From Spirochaetota bacterium (GTDB lineage Bacteria > Spirochaetota > GWB1-36-13 > JAKPDD01): a stretch of 64,000 nucleotides of DNA. Under the pieces are notes generated by a model. That model had not been told where the DNA came from and ran no database searches. It worked only from the letters and a program-made list of their open reading frames with translations. Shown here one piece after another: positions 57,831-64,000 of this stretch. Position 1 is the stretch's first letter, and each line of letters opens with the position of its first letter. The stretch lies in the NCBI GenBank assembly GCA_029552945.1, contig JAKPDD010000046.1, positions 8,366-72,365 of the forward strand, written 5' to 3'. Position numbers and translations under genes: made by a program.

Positions 57831-58480
57831 TGCTAAAAGGATTTGGGATATCAAAGACTTACAAATATCATGGTTTTTATAAGAGAGTACTTGATAATAT
57901 TGATATAGAAATAAAAGAAAAGAGTATTAATCTTTTAATTGGTAAGTCTGGAGAGGGAAAAACAACTTTACTTAAAATACTTGCAAGAATTATTAAACCT
58001 GATTCAGGTACTATATTTTTTAATGGTAAAAAACTAGGATTTATGGACGGATTTTACAGACAAAATACTGGATTTATCTTTCAAGACTTCAAATTAATAC
58101 CGTATTTAAATGTTTTTGAAAACATAAGCTTGCCAATTAAAATAAGAGGAAAATATAATAAAGATTGGATATTTAGTGTTATGGAGTTTATAGGGATAAA
58201 AGATTTATATAAAAAGTATCCTTATATGCTATCAGGTGGTGAAGCACAGAGGGTTGGTATAGCAAGGGCTGTTGCTTCAGGTGCCAAGATAATATTTGCT
58301 GATGAACCTACTGGAAATCTTGATAAGGATACTGGTAAATCTGTTATAAACCTTTTCAAGAGTATTAAGGATGAGTTTGGTATTACACTTGTTATTGTTA
58401 CCCATGATGATGAGTTCAGACAAGCAAGTGACTTTATTTTTGAGCTTTCAAATTCTAAAATAAGGTGTTTGAATGTTTAA
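57824..58480 (+). CDS. ABC transporter ATP-binding protein (FtsE/LolD/MacB-type).
   Basis: 218 aa with Walker A (GKSGEGKTTLLK), ABC signature (LSGGEAQRVGIARAV) and Walker B (IIFADEPTGNLD). Confidence 0.85.
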   Translation: MLMLKGFGISKTYKYHGFYKRVLDNIDIEIKEKSINLLIGKSGEGKTTLLKILARIIKPDSGTIFFNGKKLGFMDGFYRQNTGFIFQDFKLIPYLNVFENISLPIKIRGKYNKDWIFSVMEFIGIKDLYKKYPYMLSGGEAQRVGIARAVASGAKIIFADEPTGNLDKDTGKSVINLFKSIKDEFGITLVIVTHDDEFRQASDFIFELSNSKIRCLNV

Positions 58481-59795
58481 GTCTTTTTTTTATTCTCTTT
58501 TTCTATATACTAAAAGATTAAAGTTTTATTCTTTTCTATACATATTTACACTTTTTATTATTGTTTTGATTCTTGGATTATCTTTATACTTTATAAACAA
58601 TATAAGTTTATTTTCAGAAAAAGTAAAAAGTGTTACCCCTGAAAATAGGATTAAAATTGTATTAAAGGATGAGGGGATAAAAAAGAAAAATGGTGGAATA
58701 TTTTCTTTATTTTCAAAGGATAATATTATAAAAAAAGAAAAAAACTTTATTAAACCAGATACTGTAAAAAAAATAGAGTCTATAAGAGGTGTTAAATCTA
58801 CAATTAAATTGTATAATATAGACTTTCCCGTAAGTGTCTATTTTTCTATACCAGGTTCATCCAATTATTTTAATGCTGAAATTGTAGGTATTGGTATTGA
58901 TTCAAATTATGCAAAAAGTTTTGTTCGAAAAGGTGATTTTATATATAAAGAGGGAAAGGAAGTACCAATACTTATTGCTTCATATCTTATTGAAGTCTTT
59001 AATTCAATTTTTGAAGCTAATAATTTTCCTTTAAAACTTACAAAAGAGAATGTTCTGGGATTTACTTTTAATATTGTTGTAGGTTCATCTTTTATGGTTG
59101 GAGGTAAACCACTTGATAATTTAAGATGTAAAGTAGTAGGTTTTATAGATATGGACTATACTATGGGTATTGCAGTCCCTTCTGAGCTTGTTGCTAAGTA
59201 TAAAAAATATTATTGGTCAAATTTCAAGAATAATTATTTTGACTTTTTAATTTCATATATTGATATAAAAGAATATAATACCATAGAAAAAGAACTTGAC
59301 AGGTTAGGACTTAAAATTAAAAAAAGTGATAATCTTTTTAATAAAATATCTGATATAATAAATACTATACTTGAAGTACTTAAAATAACTGTTACTTTGG
59401 TATTTTTTGTAATAGGAGTACTTGGAATTATTGGCATTATTTATACACTTATCTTTATGCTTAAAGGAAGAAGAACAGAGTTTTATATATATAATTTTTT
59501 TGGTGGCATTAACATTACTTCATTTTTATTCTGGGGTTACATAAGTATATTGAATTTTATTGTTGTATTTATAAATTATTTTATTATAGAATATTTTATT
59601 GGTCTTGTTTCAAAATCTATATCAAAAGTAGATATATATAATTTTATTGAACTTGATAATATATTAAAATCTATTCTTTCATATTCTCCAGGATTTGGTT
59701 TGAATTATTCTATTAAGGTTTTTTTAATATTTGAAGTAATAAGCTTTATTGTCATATATATCTATAACTTATTTCTGGTAAGAAAAGAGACTTGA
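58473..59795 (+). CDS. ABC transporter permease, FtsX/LolC/MacB-like fold.
   Basis: 440 aa. An N-terminal TM helix and a periplasmic domain of about 240 aa are followed by a C-terminal cluster of three TM helices, typical of the FtsX-like permease family. It overlaps the ATPase gene by 8 nt. Confidence 0.6.
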   Translation: MFKSFFYSLFLYTKRLKFYSFLYIFTLFIIVLILGLSLYFINNISLFSEKVKSVTPENRIKIVLKDEGIKKKNGGIFSLFSKDNIIKKEKNFIKPDTVKKIESIRGVKSTIKLYNIDFPVSVYFSIPGSSNYFNAEIVGIGIDSNYAKSFVRKGDFIYKEGKEVPILIASYLIEVFNSIFEANNFPLKLTKENVLGFTFNIVVGSSFMVGGKPLDNLRCKVVGFIDMDYTMGIAVPSELVAKYKKYYWSNFKNNYFDFLISYIDIKEYNTIEKELDRLGLKIKKSDNLFNKISDIINTILEVLKITVTLVFFVIGVLGIIGIIYTLIFMLKGRRTEFYIYNFFGGINITSFLFWGYISILNFIVVFINYFIIEYFIGLVSKSISKVDIYNFIELDNILKSILSYSPGFGLNYSIKVFLIFEVISFIVIYIYNLFLVRKET

Positions 59796-60419
59796 TTCAA
59801 AAAAAATTATTTTTTCAATATCTATTCCAATATCTTTTGCCATAATTATAAACTCTTTTATGTAGTTTTCCTCTATTTGACCTATAAATGTTTTGTTTTC
59901 AGAGTCAATTATATTATCTTCTGTAACCATTATTGAAAATGGTATATATATTGTGTTTTTTAGCGGTATTTCAGAAAATGTTTTTTTTATCTTTTCCTCA
60001 TTCTCTTTTGAACAGGTAAATAAAAATGTTTTATATTTTTTTTCTATAATACTTAAATCTTTCAATATTAATAATTCTTCTATTTTTTCTTTTAAATCTG
60101 TAGGTCTTTTTATTGAAAGTAAAGATATCCTTTTTTCGTTATCTTTTAATTTCCTTTTTAATCTATAAAAAAGCCTGCTTTCATTTTCATTAGAAAATAT
60201 TAATACTATTGAGTGTAATACCTTTTTATAAGGTTTTATTTTTAATGGTTCATCAAACTCTGTGTATATTATTTTGTTATCTATTCCTTTTATTTTGATT
60301 AGTAAGAGTTCTTCTAATTTTTCATACTCTATTTCATCATAAGTGTTGAATTTATCACTTATTTCTTTAATAAAGTTTTTTATATTTTCAGCTTCAGTAT
60401 CATATATAATGTATTCCAT
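59769..60419 (-). CDS. Hypothetical protein.
   Basis: 216 aa, Lys/Glu/Ile-rich, with no recognisable motifs. Its 3' end overlaps the convergent permease gene by 27 nt. Confidence 0.3.
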   Translation of the reverse strand: MEYIIYDTEAENIKNFIKEISDKFNTYDEIEYEKLEELLLIKIKGIDNKIIYTEFDEPLKIKPYKKVLHSIVLIFSNENESRLFYRLKRKLKDNEKRISLLSIKRPTDLKEKIEELLILKDLSIIEKKYKTFLFTCSKENEEKIKKTFSEIPLKNTIYIPFSIMVTEDNIIDSENKTFIGQIEENYIKEFIIMAKDIGIDIEKIIFFESSLFSYQK

Positions 60420-60421
60420 CT

Positions 60422-61261
60422 TTATATATTAACCTTTCTGTAATAAAGATTTTCTGGCTCAATATTGCCTGTGAAAACTATACTTGCATCCCCTTTCATT
60501 ATAACCTCTTCAAAGTCATATTCAATTTCTATATCACCACCCAAAAGATGAACAGTAACTTTTGAATTAACAAGTTTTTTTAGCCTTGCTGCTACTACTG
60601 TTGCGGCTGTCCCAGTCCCACATGCTAATGTTATTCCTGCACCCCTTTCCCATACTCTCATTATTATCTCATTTCTATTCAATACTTGAGCAAACTCTAC
60701 ATTTGTCCTTTTTGGAAATAGAGGATAGTTTTCTATTTTAGGCCCCCACTTTTTTATATCAACTTCTTCAACATTATCAACAAAGATTACAGCATGTGGA
60801 TTACCCATTGAAACCAGAGTAGCTTTAAATATAACACCATCAACCTCTATCTCTTCATCTATTGCTGGTTCTATCCCTTTTTTTGTAAAAGGTATTTTTT
60901 CTCTTTCAAATATTGGTTTACCAAGGCTTGCTTTTATAAGATTATTTTCTATTTTTATATTATTTATTCCAGGAAGTGTTTTAACCCTAAACTCATTTTT
61001 ATTTATATAACCTTTAGTAATAAGATATCTTACAAATGCCCTAAGTCCATTGCCACACATAGCTTCACTACCATCAGGATTTAGCATAGTCATTTTATAT
61101 AATTCATCCTCTTTATCTACTATTAATATCCCATCACTTCCTATTCCAAAGTGTCTATCACATAGAATAGGAGCTATATTTTCAATATCATATCCTTTTA
61201 TCCACTCTCTTTCAACAAGTATAAAATCATTTCCTGTGGCCTGTACTTTTACAAACTTCAA
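60422..61261 (-). CDS. dapF: Diaminopimelate epimerase.
   Basis: 279 aa. It has an N-terminal GNDFILV, the active-site Cys motifs NPDGSEAMCGNG and GAGITLACGTG, and the two-domain DapF fold. Confidence 0.85.
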   Translation of the reverse strand: MKFVKVQATGNDFILVEREWIKGYDIENIAPILCDRHFGIGSDGILIVDKEDELYKMTMLNPDGSEAMCGNGLRAFVRYLITKGYINKNEFRVKTLPGINNIKIENNLIKASLGKPIFEREKIPFTKKGIEPAIDEEIEVDGVIFKATLVSMGNPHAVIFVDNVEEVDIKKWGPKIENYPLFPKRTNVEFAQVLNRNEIIMRVWERGAGITLACGTGTAATVVAARLKKLVNSKVTVHLLGGDIEIEYDFEEVIMKGDASIVFTGNIEPENLYYRKVNI

Positions 61262-61444
61262 TTTATACCTCCTATAGAATAATTAAAATTTAATTATTTT
61301 TTATATATAATAACTTATTATCTATTTTTTGTTATTTAAATTTTTGAAATTATTTTAAAATTTATTTTTTAATAAAATTTTAATTTTTTGGGATTTTATT
61401 ATCAAATTTTATTATCTAAAATTTTTTAAATAAATGAGGCTGTT

Positions 61445-62812
61445 GTGCTTGATAGATTACAGGAAAAAATAAAAGATGTTTTCAGAAATTTAAGTGGTTC
61501 AGGTAAGATAAGTGAAAAAAATATTGAGGATGGAATAAGAGAAATAAAACTTGCATTACTTGAAGCGGATGTTAACTATAAAGTTGTAAAAGAGTTTGTT
61601 GATGAGATAAAAAGAGAGAGTATTGGTCAGAAAGTTATTTCTAATGTTAATCCTGTTGACTTATTTTATAAGATAGTTTATGAAAAAATAAAAGAGTATC
61701 TTGGCCCTGAAAATAAAGGTTTTGATATAAAACCTGGTAAGACAAATATTGTAATGCTTGTTGGTTTACAAGGTAGCGGAAAAACTACTACAGCAGCAAA
61801 GCTAGCATACTTTTTTAAAGATAAGGCCTCTCCATTAATTGTTGGGGCTGATATTTATAGACCAGCTGCAAAAGAGCAATTAAGAAATCTTGCTGTATCA
61901 AATAACTTTGCTTTTTATACTGAAGACAAGGATCCTGTAACAATATGTAAAAATGCAATAAATTATGCAAAAAAGAACCTTCATAATCTTGTTATACTTG
62001 ATACAGCAGGTAGGCTTCACATAGATAATGAACTTATGAAAGAGCTTGTTGATATTAAAAAAGCTGTTTTACCTGATTATATATTTTTTGTTGCAGATGC
62101 TATGGTTGGGCAGAGTATTGTTGATGTTGCTAAGAGTTTTGATGAACACCTTGATATAAATGGTGTTATACTTACAAAGTTTGATAGTGATGCAAAAGGT
62201 GGGGCTACACTCTCTATAAAAAAGGTTACTGGTAAAAGTATATCTTTTATAGGTGTAGGAGAAAAAATACAGGATTTTGAGGTTTTCTATCCTGAAAGAA
62301 TAGCATCAAGGTTGATAGGTAGGGGTGATATTTTAACACTTGTTGAGAAAACGACAAAAGCAATTGAAGAGTATGAAATAAAAGAGATGACTGAAAAAAT
62401 GATGTCCGGAAAAATGGATCTTGAAGACCTATTAAAACAATTGAAAGTTCTGAAAAAGCTTGGTGGTGTTTCTGCTGTAATGGAGATGTTACCATTACCC
62501 TCCGGTGTTAAGAATGCTGATCCATCTGAGGAAATAAAAAAGATGGAGGCTATTATTTTATCTATGACTCCACTTGAAAGAAAGAATTATAGGATATTGA
62601 ATATTTCAAGGAAGAAAAGGATTGTAGGTGGGAGTGGGACAACAATGAGAGATATAACAAAGTTTCTTGATAATTTTCAGAAGATGAGTAAGATGGTTAA
62701 AAAGTTTTCAAAAAATGCTAAAATATTAGAAAAATTTATGACCTCGAATAAAAATGTATTAGATTTAAATGACAAAATTAAGGATATAGATTTAAAAAAC
62801 TTTAAACTCTAA
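61445..62812 (+). CDS. ffh: Signal recognition particle protein Ffh (GTG start).
   Basis: 455 aa with an N domain, a G domain (GLQGSGKTTTAAKLA, DTAGR, TKFDSDAKGG) and a Met-rich M domain (MTEKMMSGKMDLEDL). An SD (gagg) lies 5 nt upstream of the GTG. Confidence 0.95.
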   Translation: MLDRLQEKIKDVFRNLSGSGKISEKNIEDGIREIKLALLEADVNYKVVKEFVDEIKRESIGQKVISNVNPVDLFYKIVYEKIKEYLGPENKGFDIKPGKTNIVMLVGLQGSGKTTTAAKLAYFFKDKASPLIVGADIYRPAAKEQLRNLAVSNNFAFYTEDKDPVTICKNAINYAKKNLHNLVILDTAGRLHIDNELMKELVDIKKAVLPDYIFFVADAMVGQSIVDVAKSFDEHLDINGVILTKFDSDAKGGATLSIKKVTGKSISFIGVGEKIQDFEVFYPERIASRLIGRGDILTLVEKTTKAIEEYEIKEMTEKMMSGKMDLEDLLKQLKVLKKLGGVSAVMEMLPLPSGVKNADPSEEIKKMEAIILSMTPLERKNYRILNISRKKRIVGGSGTTMRDITKFLDNFQKMSKMVKKFSKNAKILEKFMTSNKNVLDLNDKIKDIDLKNFKL

Positions 62813-62826
62813 ATTAGGAGGTGAAA

Positions 62827-63081
62827 TTGGTCAAAATAAGGTTAAAGAGAATGGGTAGAAAAGGGCACCCATTCTATAGAATTGTAGTTGCAGAGGAAAC
62901 TGTTAAAAGAGATGGTAAGGTTATTGAAGAGATAGGATATTATTATCCTACTAAAAGTGATAAAGAAAAGAATTTAAAAGAAACTGAAGTAGATATAAAC
63001 AAGTATAATGCTTGGATTAAAAAAGGTGCAAAACCAACTAATTCTGTTAAACTAATTGTAAATAAACTACAACAAAATTAA
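62827..63081 (+). CDS. rpsP: 30S ribosomal protein S16. Probable TTG start at 62827; the ORF track uses the GTG at 62821, which overlaps the SD.
   Basis: Translation from the TTG gives MVKIRLKRMGRKGHPFYRIVV, the canonical S16 N-terminus. The AGGAGG SD at 62816-62821 is 5 nt upstream. Confidence 0.9.
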   Translation: MVKIRLKRMGRKGHPFYRIVVAEETVKRDGKVIEEIGYYYPTKSDKEKNLKETEVDINKYNAWIKKGAKPTNSVKLIVNKLQQN

Positions 63082-63105
63082 TAAAACAACTCAAAGGAGA
63101 GAAAG

Positions 63106-63345
63106 ATGCAAAAAGTAAAGGTTTTTGTCGAAAACATCGTAAAATCAATTGTTGATCACCCTAATGATGTAAATATTAAAGTTGTTGAGGGTGAAAAATC
63201 AACTATTTTAGAACTCAGAGTTAATCCTGAGGACGTGTCTAAAGTAATTGGTAAAGGTGGAAGAATAGCAAAAGCTATAAGAACATTAATAGGTGTTCTT
63301 GCAGGCAGAGCTAACAAAAGAATATTTTTAGAAATATTGGAGTAA
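63106..63345 (+). CDS. KH-domain RNA-binding protein (YlqC/UPF0109 family).
   Basis: 79 aa. It has the GxxG KH loop in VIGKGGRIAKAIRTLIGV and sits in the conserved position downstream of rpsP. Confidence 0.75.
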   Translation: MQKVKVFVENIVKSIVDHPNDVNIKVVEGEKSTILELRVNPEDVSKVIGKGGRIAKAIRTLIGVLAGRANKRIFLEILE

Positions 63346-63349
63346 AAAT

Positions 63350-63382
63350 TAGGGGGTTCATCCCCCAGTCCCTAAAATTTTT
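63350..63382. terminator. Hairpin terminator between the convergent KH-protein gene (+) and the TtcA-like gene (-).
   Basis: ggggg-ttcat-ccccc, nested within taggg...cccta, followed by aaaattttta. Confidence 0.5.
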
Positions 63383-63414
63383 ATTTATAATAATTAAACT
63401 TTACATAATTGTCT

Positions 63415-64000
63415 TTAATTAAGGTATATTTTCTCGATTTTTTCATAATTTGTAGAATTAAATAAGCTTACTCTTATGTTTTTAAACTCCTTTTCTAAGT
63501 TATTTATTAGGTTCTTTATATATTCTCTTTTCGTATTTCCATCAAATGGGCATGCACATTTTACAGTTTTTATTTCAAGTCCTTTTACAAGTTTTTCTAT
63601 CTCTTTTTCCTCTATTAGAGCCATAGGTCTTATTATAGTTATTTTACCATCAAATATCTGTAGTTTAACTGGCATAGTTGCAAACTTACCGTGATAAAAA
63701 AGATTTAAAAGAAGTGTTTCTATTATGTCATCTTTATGGTGTCCTAAAGCTACTTTAGATATGTTGTATTTTTCAGCAGTTTCAAATATTTTTTTTCTTC
63801 TTATCCAGCTGCACCAGAAGCAACCTATTTTATCTTTTTTGCTTTCAGTTTTAACGGGTAGCTCATCTATAATCAATTTTACTGCCTGTTCTTCACAAAA
63901 TTTTTTAACATATTTAGCTATTTCTTCTCTTTTGGAATTTTCTATTAGTTCGTTTTTAAGATGGAGGGCAATTATATCATATTTTTTAAAAAAGTTTTCT
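63415..64000 (-). CDS. tRNA 2-thiocytidine biosynthesis protein TtcA-like PP-loop ATPase, C-terminal part. The gene continues beyond the window end.
   Basis: The frame is open from 63415 to the window edge. The translation ...ENFFKKYDIIALHLKNELIE...KIGCFWCSWIRRK...KVALGHHKDDIIETLLLNLFYHGKFATMP...CACPFDGNTKREY shows the CxxC pairs and HHxDD motif of the TtcA/PP-loop family. The N-terminal SGGKDS PP-loop would lie past position 64000. Confidence 0.6.
   Translation of the reverse strand, partial: ENFFKKYDIIALHLKNELIENSKREEIAKYVKKFCEEQAVKLIIDELPVKTESKKDKIGCFWCSWIRRKKIFETAEKYNISKVALGHHKDDIIETLLLNLFYHGKFATMPVKLQIFDGKITIIRPMALIEEKEIEKLVKGLEIKTVKCACPFDGNTKREYIKNLINNLEKEFKNIRVSLFNSTNYEKIEKIYLN

Noticed and set aside
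62821-62826. GTG at 62821 as the rpsP start, as in the ORF track.
   Set aside because: The GTG overlaps the AGGAGG Shine-Dalgarno itself. The TTG at 62827 gives the canonical MVKIRLKRMG S16 N-terminus with 5-nt spacing, so the TTG start is preferred.
1-64000. Search for CRISPR arrays, transposases/IS elements, integrases or prophage genes.
   Set aside because: No regularly spaced direct repeats with unique spacers were seen. No DDE transposase or tyrosine/serine recombinase motifs appear in any frame. No terminal inverted repeats flank any block. The window appears free of mobile elements.

Overview
This is a very AT-rich 64 kb window from a Gram-negative (diderm, LPS-producing) bacterium. 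Evidence for the diderm call is an RND/TolC efflux pair, LptD and an Omp85-family protein. The coding density is high and most of the window is core housekeeping. I identify about 60 protein-coding genes plus one tRNA-Ala(TGC) that the ORF track does not show.

Recognisable housekeeping genes include:
- Translation and RNA modification: glyQS (eukaryote-type dimeric GlyRS), thrS, rpsP, a KH-domain protein, ffh, ftsY, rlmE, rsmG, an RlmI-like methyltransferase, an MnmC-like methyltransferase, a TtcA-like partial gene, hflX.
- Metabolism: icd, aroE, hisF, murB, dapF, a LeuC-type dehydratase large subunit, a split transketolase, a beta carbonic anhydrase, an FKBP PPIase.
- Biotin: a complete operon (bioB-bioA-bioF-bioG/H-like-bioC-bioD), and separately bioY translationally coupled to a biotin-dependent carboxyltransferase alpha subunit.
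- Envelope and transport: RND C-terminus, TolC, LptD, Omp85-family protein, an FtsEX/LolCDE-type ABC pair, a BtuF-like binding protein.
- Signalling: two large PP2C/SpoIIE sensor phosphatases.

The most interesting part is an accessory block at about 29.9-38.3 kb, between the RlmI-like gene and thrS. It consists entirely of secreted, membrane, lipo- and outer-membrane proteins with no recognisable homology. At its centre is a three-gene minus-strand unit:
- a small OM beta-barrel;
- a radical-SAM enzyme with a canonical CX3CX2C motif and a C-terminal SPASM motif (CX2CX5CX3C);
- a 379-aa cytoplasmic protein whose C-terminus is a perfect (Cys-Ser-Ser)x10-Cys-Gly-Gly-Gly-Asp tail.
I interpret this as a candidate, undescribed radical-SAM/SPASM-dependent protein or peptide maturation system acting on a cysteine-triad repeat. 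The CSS-repeat substrate gene is also Ser-rich, like two of the neighbouring envelope genes; I take this as incidental, because only the CSS protein shows a conserved Cys periodicity that suggests a modification target.

Other notable points:
- Two different transporters within 7 kb, a SulP-STAS and an APC amino-acid permease, each carry a C-terminal PTS EIIA(Ntr)-type domain with the phosphorylatable His motif.
- An ankyrin-repeat protein has a C-terminal beta-barrel-like domain.
- An O-methyltransferase gene has no canonical start codon.
- A YgiT-type zinc-ribbon ORF is wedged between the RND pump and TolC.
- A 20-bp tandem direct repeat sits in the bioB/rlmE divergent promoter region.
- Several gene boundaries overlap, suggesting translational coupling.

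I found no CRISPR array, transposase, integrase or prophage signature. All calls come from reading the translations and nucleotide sequence by eye. No database search was run, so family assignments below rest on motifs and should be confirmed by HMM or BLAST.
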